DNA of 64,000 nucleotides from Escherichia coli (GTDB lineage Bacteria; Pseudomonadota; Gammaproteobacteria; Enterobacterales; Enterobacteriaceae): NCBI RefSeq assembly GCF_044324875.1, contig NZ_CP172185.1; one strand, 5' to 3'. Shown piece by piece: positions 49,226 to 64,000 of this stretch (position 1 is its first letter; each line of letters starts with the position of its first letter). The notes under the pieces were generated by a model. It saw only the letters and a program-made list of their open reading frames with translations, ran no database searches and was not told where the DNA came from. The position numbers and the translations under genes were made by a program.

Positions 49226-50560
49226 TTACTCTTCTGTCGTTTGCGGTGGCACGCCTGTTCCGCTTGGTTTACGGCGCTTACCAATATTTTTGGTGTCGCG
49301 ATGGCGTTTTTTCACCCGCGGCTTCTCTTTCTCTTTAGCTTTTTTCTTCTCGGCGCGTTTTGCCAGTACTTTCTTCGATGGCTTGCCGGTTTGCTTCTCG
49401 CTTGGCGCACGCGTTTTCGGGCGTAACTCATCAATTACACGAGCTTTAATTGGCTCTTCAATATAGCGACCAACTTTGCCCAGCAGCAGATGGTCATGGG
49501 CTTCTACCAGCGAAATTGCGGTGCCTTTACGACCGGCGCGCGCGGTACGTCCGATACGGTGCAAATAAGTATCGCCACTGCGCGGCATATCGAAGTTAAA
49601 GACGTGGCTGACATCAGGAATGTCAATACCGCGTGCGGCAACGTCGGTTGCAACCAGCACGTTAACGCGGCCTTCGGTCAAACGCTTGATCGCTTCATTA
49701 CGCTTGCCTTGTACCATCTCGCCTTCGAGATAGCAGTTGTTGATGCCCGCTTCGCGCAGCCAGTTTGCCAGCTCATGCACACGCTCACGCTTACGCACAA
49801 ATACGATTGAGCGGGTCGCTTCCGGCTGTTTTAACAGATGCACCAGCAATGCGGTTTTATGTTCCAGGTCATCGGCGCGGTAATACCACTGATGAATTTT
49901 TTTGCGCTCACGGGTGGACGGATTGGCAGAAACCTCCACCGGATCTTCCAGCAGACGCTCGGCAAAGTCCTGAATCGCATCGCCTTCCAGAGTTGCCGAA
50001 AAGAGCAGGGTCTGTTTACGCCAGCGCGTTTCGCCAGCAATATGTTCGATATCCTGAGCGAAGCCCATATCCAGCATACGGTCTGCTTCGTCGAGGATCA
50101 GCGTTTCAACCGCGCGGCAATCGAAGTTCTCTTCTTTTATGTATTGCAGCAGACGTCCGGTCGTGGCGACCACGATGTCCTGATTTTCGCTGAACACTTC
50201 CGCGTGGTTCATATAGGCTACGCCGCCGGTGATGGTGGCGATATCCAGATGCGTATGTTTCGCCAGTTCGCGGGCATGATCGGCCACCTGCATCGCCAGC
50301 TCGCGAGTTGGGGTGAGGATCAAAATACGCGGCGGACCGGATTTCTTACGTGGGAAATCGAGCAGGTGCTGCAACGCTGGCAGCAGATACGCCGCCGTTT
50401 TACCGGTGCCTGTCGGCGCAGAACCGAGTACATCACGGCCATCGAGCGCAGGCGGAATGGCGGCAGCCTGAATGGCGGTCGGGCGAGTGAAACCTTTATC
50501 CTGGAGGGCTTCCAGCAGGCTTTCGTCGAGTTCAAGTTCGGAAAAAGTCGTTACAGTCAT
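49226..50560 (-). CDS. srmB: ATP-dependent DEAD-box RNA helicase SrmB
   Basis: 444 aa; motifs [25 protein letters not shown]. Confidence 0.92.
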   Translation of the reverse strand: MTVTTFSELELDESLLEALQDKGFTRPTAIQAAAIPPALDGRDVLGSAPTGTGKTAAYLLPALQHLLDFPRKKSGPPRILILTPTRELAMQVADHARELAKHTHLDIATITGGVAYMNHAEVFSENQDIVVATTGRLLQYIKEENFDCRAVETLILDEADRMLDMGFAQDIEHIAGETRWRKQTLLFSATLEGDAIQDFAERLLEDPVEVSANPSTRERKKIHQWYYRADDLEHKTALLVHLLKQPEATRSIVFVRKRERVHELANWLREAGINNCYLEGEMVQGKRNEAIKRLTEGRVNVLVATDVAARGIDIPDVSHVFNFDMPRSGDTYLHRIGRTARAGRKGTAISLVEAHDHLLLGKVGRYIEEPIKARVIDELRPKTRAPSEKQTGKPSKKVLAKRAEKKKAKEKEKPRVKKRHRDTKNIGKRRKPSGTGVPPQTTEE

Positions 50561-50691
50561 GTTCTACCTCTGTGTGGGGCGCTGATTATAGACGTTACGG
50601 CTGCAATCTTCATCTGTTTGTATGGATATCGCTTCTCGGGTATTGTTCTCACCCGGTGCTATCGCCGTTTTTCCTGCAAGGTTTTATTTTC

Positions 50692-53045
<2,354 letters not shown>

Positions 53046-53333
53046 TTAATTTACTAAACACGGTTTGGTCAGCATAGCATCATGTTGTGCGATTAAACAC
53101 CTGCTATTTTAATATTTGTTACAGTGGCTAAACACGCTGACGCAGGGCGGCGAGAAAAAGAGAAGTTACTGGCTGGTGGAGGATTAGGTGGTGAAATAAA
53201 AAGGCCGTTGGGTTACTCTTCAGGCAGTTAAATGGGCATTTCTACACAGATAATGCGATGTTCAGATTCTGTAGACTTATAATGATAGATAATGATCCGT
53301 CTACAGCATGACAAACAAAAACAGATGCGTTAC

Positions 53334-53362
53334 GGAACTTTACAAAAACGAGACACTCTAAC
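53334..53362 (+). promoter_or_regulatory. Sigma-E-dependent promoter upstream of rpoE
   Basis: GGAACTT (53334-53340), 16-nt spacer, TCTAA (53357-53361); matches the sigma-E consensus GGAACTT-N16-TCnAA. Confidence 0.55.
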
Positions 53363-53443
53363 CCTTTGCTTGCTCAAATTGCAGCTAATGGAGTGGCGTT
53401 TCGATAGCGCGTGGAAATTTGGTTTGGGGAGACTTTACCTCGG

Positions 53444-54019
53444 ATGAGCGAGCAGTTAACGGACCAGGTCCTGGTTGAACGGGTCCAGAAGGGAGATCAG
53501 AAAGCCTTTAACTTACTGGTAGTGCGCTATCAGCATAAAGTGGCGAGTCTGGTTTCCCGCTATGTGCCGTCGGGTGATGTTCCCGATGTAGTACAAGAAG
53601 CTTTTATTAAAGCCTATCGTGCGCTGGATTCGTTCCGGGGAGATAGCGCTTTTTATACATGGCTGTATCGGATTGCTGTAAATACAGCGAAAAATTACCT
53701 GGTTGCTCAGGGGCGTCGTCCACCTTCCAGTGATGTGGATGCCATTGAAGCTGAAAACTTCGAAAGTGGCGGCGCGTTGAAAGAAATTTCGAACCCTGAG
53801 AACTTAATGTTGTCAGAAGAACTGAGACAGATAGTTTTCCGAACTATTGAGTCCCTCCCGGAAGATTTACGCATGGCAATAACCTTGCGGGAGCTGGATG
53901 GCCTGAGCTATGAAGAGATAGCCGCTATCATGGATTGTCCGGTAGGTACGGTGCGTTCACGTATCTTCCGAGCGAGGGAAGCTATTGATAACAAAGTTCA
54001 ACCGCTTATCAGGCGTTGA
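53444..54019 (+). CDS. rpoE: RNA polymerase sigma-E factor
   Basis: 191 aa starting MSEQLTDQVLVERVQKGDQKAFNLLVVRYQHKV. Confidence 0.95.
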   Translation: MSEQLTDQVLVERVQKGDQKAFNLLVVRYQHKVASLVSRYVPSGDVPDVVQEAFIKAYRALDSFRGDSAFYTWLYRIAVNTAKNYLVAQGRRPPSSDVDAIEAENFESGGALKEISNPENLMLSEELRQIVFRTIESLPEDLRMAITLRELDGLSYEEIAAIMDCPVGTVRSRIFRAREAIDNKVQPLIRR

Positions 54020-54051
54020 CGATAGCGGGATACTGGATAAGGGTATTAGGC

Positions 54052-54702
54052 ATGCAGAAAGAACAACTTTCCGCTTTAATGGATGGCGAAACGCTGGATA
54101 GTGAGCTGCTTAACGAACTGGCTCATAACCCAGAAATGCAGAAAACCTGGGAAAGCTATCACTTAATCCGTGACTCAATGCGGGGTGATACTCCCGAGGT
54201 GCTCCATTTCGATATCTCTTCACGCGTGATGGCCGCCATTGAAGAAGAGCCAGTACGTCAACCGGCGACATTGATCCCGGAAGCCCAGCCTGCGCCGCAT
54301 CAATGGCAGAAAATGCCATTCTGGCAGAAAGTACGTCCGTGGGCGGCACAGCTTACCCAAATGGGCGTAGCAGCATGCGTATCGCTTGCAGTTATCGTTG
54401 GGGTCCAGCACTATAATGGACAATCTGAAACGTCCCAGCAGCCCGAAACGCCGGTATTTAATACACTGCCGATGATGGGTAAAGCCAGCCCGGTTAGCCT
54501 GGGAGTACCTTCTGAAGCGACCGCAAATAATGGTCAACAGCAGCAGGTACAGGAGCAGCGTCGTCGCATTAATGCAATGTTGCAGGATTACGAACTGCAA
54601 CGCCGACTCCACTCTGAACAGCTTCAGTTTGAGCAGGCGCAAACTCAGCAAGCCGCTGTACAGGTGCCAGGAATTCAAACTTTAGGAACGCAATCGCAGT
54701 AA
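54052..54702 (+). CDS. rseA: Anti-sigma-E factor RseA
   Basis: 216 aa starting MQKEQLSALMDGETLD; single transmembrane segment; Gln-rich C-terminus. Confidence 0.93.
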   Translation: MQKEQLSALMDGETLDSELLNELAHNPEMQKTWESYHLIRDSMRGDTPEVLHFDISSRVMAAIEEEPVRQPATLIPEAQPAPHQWQKMPFWQKVRPWAAQLTQMGVAACVSLAVIVGVQHYNGQSETSQQPETPVFNTLPMMGKASPVSLGVPSEATANNGQQQQVQEQRRRINAMLQDYELQRRLHSEQLQFEQAQTQQAAVQVPGIQTLGTQSQ

Positions 54703-55658
54703 TGAAGCAACTTTGGTTTGCCATGTCATTAGTGACAGGTAGCCTGTTATTCTCTGCTAACGCCTCGGCCACTCCCGCGTCCGGGGCGTTATTACAGCAG
54801 ATGAACCTGGCCAGTCAGTCACTGAATTACGAGCTGTCATTCATCAGCATCAATAAACAGGGTGTTGAGTCTCTGCGTTATCGACATGCACGCCTCGATA
54901 ACCGTCCTCTTGCACAATTGTTGCAAATGGATGGCCCGCGCCGGGAAGTGGTACAGCGCGGCAATGAAATCAGCTATTTTGAACCGGGACTTGAACCGTT
55001 CACGCTTAATGGCGATTACATTGTTGATTCTCTACCATCGCTCATCTATACCGATTTCAAACGCCTTTCTCCTTACTACGACTTTATCTCCGTCGGGCGC
55101 ACGCGTATTGCTGATCGTCTTTGCGAAGTCATTCGTGTGGTTGCCCGAGATGGTACACGCTACAGCTACATCGTGTGGATGGACACCGAATCGAAATTAC
55201 CGATGCGGGTTGATCTCCTTGATCGCGATGGTGAAACGCTGGAACAATTTCGCGTGATTGCTTTTAATGTCAATCAGGATATCAGCAGCAGTATGCAGAC
55301 GTTGGCGAAGGCAAATTTGCCGCCGTTGCTTTCTGTTCCTGTAGGTGAAAAAGCTAAATTCAGCTGGACGCCAACCTGGTTGCCACAGGGTTTTAGCGAA
55401 GTTTCCAGTAGTCGACGTCCGCTACCGACGATGGACAACATGCCTATCGAATCACGTCTCTATTCCGACGGATTATTCAGCTTTTCGGTAAACGTTAACC
55501 GCGCTACGCCATCGAGCACCGATCAGATGTTGCGCACCGGACGCAGAACCGTCAGTACAAGCGTACGTGATAACGCCGAAATCACCATTGTCGGTGAACT
55601 GCCGCCGCAAACGGCGAAACGCATTGCCGAGAATATTAAGTTCGGGGCAGCGCAATGA
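54702..55658 (+). CDS. rseB: Sigma-E regulatory protein RseB
   Basis: 318 aa with signal peptide. Confidence 0.93.
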   Translation: MKQLWFAMSLVTGSLLFSANASATPASGALLQQMNLASQSLNYELSFISINKQGVESLRYRHARLDNRPLAQLLQMDGPRREVVQRGNEISYFEPGLEPFTLNGDYIVDSLPSLIYTDFKRLSPYYDFISVGRTRIADRLCEVIRVVARDGTRYSYIVWMDTESKLPMRVDLLDRDGETLEQFRVIAFNVNQDISSSMQTLAKANLPPLLSVPVGEKAKFSWTPTWLPQGFSEVSSSRRPLPTMDNMPIESRLYSDGLFSFSVNVNRATPSSTDQMLRTGRRTVSTSVRDNAEITIVGELPPQTAKRIAENIKFGAAQ

Positions 55659-56134
55659 TCAAAGAGTGGGCTACCGTCATCTCCTGGGAAAACGGGCAGG
55701 CGCTGGTTAGTTGTGATGTTAAAGCCTCATGCAGCAGCTGCGCTTCACGCGCCGGTTGCGGTAGCCGCGTGTTGAATAAACTTGGCCCGCAAACCACGCA
55801 TACCATTGTCGTACCCTGTGATGAACCGTTAGTGCCGGGGCAAAAAGTGGAATTGGGGATCGCCGAAGGCAGCCTGCTTAGCTCCGCATTACTGGTTTAT
55901 ATGTCGCCGTTGGTGGGACTATTCCTCATCGCTTCACTATTTCAGCTACTCTTTGCTTCAGATATTGCAGCATTATGCGGTGCGATTCTCGGTGGCGTTG
56001 GTGGATTCCTGATTGCACGTGGCGGCTCTCGAAAGTTTGCTGCCCGGTCTGAATGGCAACCGATCATCTTAAGCGTGGCATTGCCGCCTGGCCTTGTGCG
56101 ATTTGAAACATCTTCGGAAGACGCGAGCCAGTGA
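55655..56134 (+). CDS. rseC: Sigma-E regulatory protein RseC
   Basis: 159 aa; 4-nt overlap with rseB. Confidence 0.9.
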   Translation: MIKEWATVISWENGQALVSCDVKASCSSCASRAGCGSRVLNKLGPQTTHTIVVPCDEPLVPGQKVELGIAEGSLLSSALLVYMSPLVGLFLIASLFQLLFASDIAALCGAILGGVGGFLIARGGSRKFAARSEWQPIILSVALPPGLVRFETSSEDASQ

Positions 56135-56331
56135 TTTCACTGGCTTTGTTGCATTTTGCATAACAAATGCGAGGACGTTTCCAGATACCACAATCCATAC
56201 GGTATGAACATTTCCTCGCCTCAATGTTGTAGTGTAGAATGCGGCGTTTCTATTAATACAGACGTTAAGCTCAGAACAGCGACTTCTAAAAGCCTGGTTA
56301 ACCGGGCATTAAGGCACAATAATCATACTTT

Positions 56332-58131
<1,800 letters not shown>

Positions 58132-58146
58132 CCCTTAGGAGTTGGC

Positions 58147-59121
58147 ATGGCGAATATGTTTGCCCTGATTCTGGTGATTGCCACACTGGTGACGGGCATT
58201 TTATGGTGCGTGGATAAATTCTTTTTCGCACCTAAACGGCGGGAACGTCAGGCAGCGGCGCAGGCGGCTGCCGGTGACTCACTGGATAAAGCAACGCTGA
58301 AGAAAGTTGCGCCGAAGCCTGGCTGGCTGGAAACCGGTGCTTCTGTTTTTCCGGTGCTGGCTATCGTATTGATTGTGCGTTCGTTTATTTATGAACCGTT
58401 CCAGATCCCGTCAGGTTCGATGATGCCGACTCTGTTAATCGGTGATTTTATTCTGGTAGAGAAGTTTGCTTATGGCATTAAAGATCCTATCTACCAGAAA
58501 ACGCTGATCGAAACCGGTCATCCGAAACGCGGCGATATCGTGGTCTTTAAATATCCGGAAGATCCAAAGCTTGATTACATCAAGCGCGCGGTGGGTTTAC
58601 CGGGCGATAAAGTCACTTATGATCCGGTCTCGAAAGAGCTGACGATTCAACCGGGATGCAGTTCCGGTCAGGCATGTGAAAACGCGCTGCCGGTCACCTA
58701 CTCCAACGTGGAACCGAGCGATTTCGTTCAGACCTTCTCACGCCGTAATGGTGGGGAAGCGACCAGCGGATTCTTTGAAGTGCCGAAAAACGAAACCAAA
58801 GAAAATGGAATTCGTCTTTCCGAGCGTAAAGAGACACTGGGTGATGTGACGCACCGCATTCTGACAGTGCCGATTGCGCAGGACCAGGTGGGGATGTATT
58901 ACCAGCAGCCAGGGCAACAACTGGCAACCTGGATTGTTCCGCCGGGACAATACTTCATGATGGGTGACAACCGCGACAACAGCGCGGACAGCCGTTACTG
59001 GGGCTTTGTGCCGGAAGCGAATCTGGTCGGTCGGGCAACGGCTATCTGGATGAGCTTCGATAAGCAAGAAGGCGAATGGCCGACAGGTGTGCGCTTAAGT
59101 CGCATTGGCGGCATCCATTAA
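58147..59121 (+). CDS. lepB: Signal peptidase I
   Basis: 324 aa; catalytic-Ser motif IPSGSMMPTL. Confidence 0.95.
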   Translation: MANMFALILVIATLVTGILWCVDKFFFAPKRRERQAAAQAAAGDSLDKATLKKVAPKPGWLETGASVFPVLAIVLIVRSFIYEPFQIPSGSMMPTLLIGDFILVEKFAYGIKDPIYQKTLIETGHPKRGDIVVFKYPEDPKLDYIKRAVGLPGDKVTYDPVSKELTIQPGCSSGQACENALPVTYSNVEPSDFVQTFSRRNGGEATSGFFEVPKNETKENGIRLSERKETLGDVTHRILTVPIAQDQVGMYYQQPGQQLATWIVPPGQYFMMGDNRDNSADSRYWGFVPEANLVGRATAIWMSFDKQEGEWPTGVRLSRIGGIH

Positions 59122-59134
59122 TAGCCCATCTTCG

Positions 59135-59173
59135 TTCACGTTGTCGCCGTTATGGCGACAACGTGAATTATTT
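59135..59173 (+). terminator. Rho-independent terminator after lepB
   Basis: Perfect 14-bp stem TTCACGTTGTCGCC / GGCGACAACGTGAA with GTTAT loop, followed by TTATTT. Confidence 0.65.
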
Positions 59174-59363
59174 ATGAGATAAATCTCCCGTGGCTAACGA
59201 CATCCCCCGTCGTTGTGTATAGAATATTCCCCCGAAGTTTAAGGTTGGCACCTCCAGGTTGCCACGGCACACGAAACAGCGTTGGTCCCCATATACCGGT
59301 AAACTGAAACTGCAGCGAAGCAGTTAGCAGAACCATGTATATCAGGTCTGTTTCGTGTGCTGA

Positions 59364-60976
<1,613 letters not shown>

Positions 60977-60987
60977 GAGTAACTCCG

Positions 60988-61716
60988 ATGGAAGGCTGGC
61001 AGCGCGCATTTGTCCTGCATAGTCGCCCGTGGAGCGAAACCAGCCTGATGCTGGACGTCTTCACGGAGGAATCGGGTCGCGTGCGTCTGGTTGCCAAAGG
61101 CGCACGCTCTAAACGCTCTACTCTGAAAGGTGCATTACAGCCTTTCACCCCTCTCTTGCTACGTTTCGGCGGGCGTGGCGAAGTCAAAACGCTGCGCAGT
61201 GCTGAAGCCGTCTCGCTGGCGCTGCCATTAAGCGGTATCACGCTTTACAGCGGTCTGTACATCAACGAACTTCTCTCCCGCGTACTGGAATACGAGACGC
61301 GCTTCTCTGAACTCTTTTTCGATTACTTGCACTGCATTCAGTCTCTTGCCGGGGTCACTGGTACGCCAGAACCCGCGCTGCGCCGCTTTGAACTGGCACT
61401 GCTCGGGCATCTGGGCTATGGCGTCAATTTTACCCATTGTGCGGGTAGCGGCGAGCCGGTAGATGACACCATGACGTATCGTTATCGCGAAGAAAAAGGG
61501 TTTATCGCAAGCGTCGTTATCGACAATAAAACGTTCACCGGAAGGCAGTTAAAAGCGTTAAACGCGCGGGAATTTCCTGACGCAGACACACTGCGCGCCG
61601 CGAAACGCTTTACCCGCATGGCGCTTAAGCCGTATCTTGGCGGTAAACCATTAAAGAGCAGGGAACTGTTCCGGCAGTTTATGCCTAAGCGAACGGTGAA
61701 AACACATTATGAATGA
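60988..61716 (+). CDS. recO: DNA repair protein RecO
   Basis: 242-aa [41 protein letters not shown]... Confidence 0.93.
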   Translation: MEGWQRAFVLHSRPWSETSLMLDVFTEESGRVRLVAKGARSKRSTLKGALQPFTPLLLRFGGRGEVKTLRSAEAVSLALPLSGITLYSGLYINELLSRVLEYETRFSELFFDYLHCIQSLAGVTGTPEPALRRFELALLGHLGYGVNFTHCAGSGEPVDDTMTYRYREEKGFIASVVIDNKTFTGRQLKALNAREFPDADTLRAAKRFTRMALKPYLGGKPLKSRELFRQFMPKRTVKTHYE

Positions 61717-61727
61717 TGAGGATTGTC

Positions 61728-62459
61728 ATGGCTGAATTACTGTTAGGCGTCAACATTGACCATATTGCAACGCTGCGTAACGCACGCGGTACTGCTTACC
61801 CGGATCCGGTGCAGGCGGCGTTTATTGCTGAGCAGGCGGGAGCAGACGGCATTACCGTGCATTTACGTGAAGATCGCCGCCACATTACTGACCGTGATGT
61901 GCGCATCCTGCGTCAGACGCTGGATACCCGCATGAATCTGGAGATGGCGGTGACCGAAGAGATGCTGGCGATCGCCGTTGAAACAAAGCCGCATTTTTGC
62001 TGCCTGGTACCTGAAAAGCGTCAGGAAGTAACAACCGAAGGCGGCCTGGACGTCGCAGGGCAGCGTGAAAAAATGCGCGATGCCTGCAAACGTCTGGCAG
62101 ATGCCGGGATCCAGGTTTCTCTGTTTATCGACGCCGATGTAGAGCAGATCAAAGCTGCGGCAGAGGTTGGCGCACCGTTTATCGAGATCCACACAGGTTG
62201 CTATGCTGATGCCAAAACTGACGCCGAACAGGCGCAAGAGCTGGCGCGTATCGCCAAAGCCGCGACCTTTGCCGCTAGTCTCGGTCTGAAAGTTAACGCT
62301 GGTCACGGTCTGACCTATCACAACGTGAAAGCTATTGCCGCCATCCCTGAGATGCATGAACTGAATATCGGTCATGCCATTATTGGTCGTGCAGTGATGA
62401 CCGGACTGAAAGATGCGGTGGCAGAAATGAAGCGTCTGATGCTGGAAGCGCGTGGCTAA
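61728..62459 (+). CDS. pdxJ: Pyridoxine 5'-phosphate synthase
   Basis: 243 aa starting [21 protein letters not shown]. The ORF track start at 61713 is an upstream extension. Confidence 0.93.
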
Positions 62460-62839
62460 TGGCAATATTAGGTTTAGGTACGGATATTGTGGAGATCGCT
62501 CGCATAGAAGCGGTGATCGCCCGATCCGGTGAGCGCCTGGCACGCCGCGTATTAAGCGATAACGAATGGGCAATCTGGAAAACGCACCACCAGCCGGTGC
62601 GTTTTCTGGCGAAGCGTTTTGCTGTGAAAGAAGCGGCGGCAAAAGCGTTTGGCACCGGGATCCGCAATGGTCTGGCGTTTAATCAATTTGAAGTATTCAA
62701 TGATGAGCTCGGCAAACCACGGCTACGGCTATGGGGTGAGGCATTAAAACTGGCGGAAAAGCTCGGCGTTGTAAATATGCATGTAACGCTGGCAGATGAA
62801 CGCCACTATGCTTGTGCCACGGTAATTATTGAAAGTTAA
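62459..62839 (+). CDS. acpS: Holo-[acyl-carrier-protein] synthase
   Basis: 126 aa [32 protein letters not shown]... Confidence 0.93.
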
Positions 62840-62863
62840 AAAAATACCGTTCTCTTTATAAAG

Positions 62864-62905
62864 TAAAACCCCCGAACTGGTAAGGAACGGGGGTTTTACT
62901 TTTTA
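62864..62905. terminator. Bidirectional-looking Rho-independent terminator after acpS
   Basis: Stem AAAACCCCCG / CGGGGGTTTT with T-runs on both sides. Confidence 0.6.
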
Positions 62906-63258
62906 ACTTTAATTTTGTGCAGCACGCACCCTCAACAAGAGCGATTATGGATCAGGGCGGTTATCTTTTACAAGCAACTTGCAATCTTTAGCATAAAAAC
63001 TCGAGCCTTTACGAAGAAAACAATATTGATGGAAAGATTAACGTGACCGCCAATTCGGAAGTACATTAAAATTGGCTTCGTTATTGGCGATTTTGCTGTG
63101 CTTTATACCATGCCACAGAATTCCCCCATTGAAACGAGTGGTGTCGTCAAAGCTCTGGTGTGGAGTGCAGCATGCACCCTCAATAACTCGCACGTTCAGT
63201 TTTGGGGAGATGTAAGGGCTAATCTGAACGGCTGCATTCCTTGTTTAAGGAAAAACGA

Positions 63259-63339
63259 ATGACTGATTGCCGATACCTTATTAAACGGGTCATCAAAATC
63301 ATCATTGCTGTTTTACAGCTGATCCTTCTGTTCTTATAA
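63259..63339 (+). CDS. shoB: Type I toxin ShoB (26-aa hydrophobic membrane peptide)
   Basis: ATGACTGATTGCCGATACCTTATTAAACGGGTCATCAAAATCATCATTGCTGTTTTACAGCTGATCCTTCTGTTCTTATAA encodes MTDCRYLIKRVIKIIIAVLQLILLFL; AGGAAAAA ribosome-binding site upstream. Under 60 aa, so absent from the ORF track. Confidence 0.85.
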   Translation: MTDCRYLIKRVIKIIIAVLQLILLFL

Positions 63340-63533
63340 CATAAGGAAACGTACTTAAGGCGCGTCAGGTTAACCAGCCAGGCGCGCCTTTAATAATTAT
63401 AAATAAGTGCTTATACAGATAGTGTTATCATTCATGAAATAATTGATATTTATGATCACATCACGAAAATAAATATAAGAACCTGAAGGTTCACACTATA
63501 AAGTCAACAATAGTCTACTCCAGGAGCAGAATA

Positions 63534-63830
<297 letters not shown>

Positions 63831-63849
63831 TTATACGCGCATTCTTTAC

Positions 63850-64000
63850 TCAGACCAGTTTTTTCACCAGCGCTTCACTATGACGAATACGTTCTGGTGC
63901 CAGTTCCAGATCCTGCTGAATCAGCGCAATGAACAGCAAATCCGTTAACATTCCCTGCGCGTGGCAAGCAGAGATTGAAGCACTGTTTGTCGCTTGTTCT
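63850..64000 (-). CDS. 3' end of a partial minus-strand CDS running off the window (likely pgpC/yfhB by synteny)
   Basis: Open minus-strand frame ending ...LELAPERIRHSEALVKKLV with TGA stop at 63850-63852; the gene continues beyond position 64000. Confidence 0.45.
   Translation of the reverse strand, partial: EQATNSASISACHAQGMLTDLLFIALIQQDLELAPERIRHSEALVKKLV

Overview
This window reads as an Escherichia coli-type chromosomal segment, in reverse orientation relative to K-12 numbering. About 56 kb (7.7-64 kb) is conserved core genome in familiar synteny: ssrA-smpB-ratAB-bamE-recN-nadK-grpE-yfjD-ypjD-ffh-rpsP-rimM-trmD-rplS-yfiBNR-yfiL-aroF-tyrA-pheAL-raiA-bamD-rluD-yfiH-clpB, an rrnG-type rRNA operon (16S, tRNA-Glu, 23S, 5S), then kgtP-yfiM-pssA-patZ-yfiP-trxC-yfiF-ung-grcA-eamB-yfiE-srmB-yfiC-nadB-rpoE-rseABC-lepAB-rnc-era-recO-pdxJ-acpS-shoB-yfhL. 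Gene identities come from my recognition of the translated ORFs and their order; no database search was run. The only accessory DNA is the left end (1-7.7 kb), next to the tmRNA gene, a classic island integration hotspot. It holds a YpjA-like AIDA-type autotransporter, decayed recombinase fragments and a strongly AT-rich 484-aa orphan gene that I cannot assign to any family; that orphan gene is the best candidate for something undescribed. I see no CRISPR array, no intact prophage or integrase, and no recognisable multi-gene defence system. Two real small genes are missing from the ORF track because they are under 60 aa: pheL and shoB.
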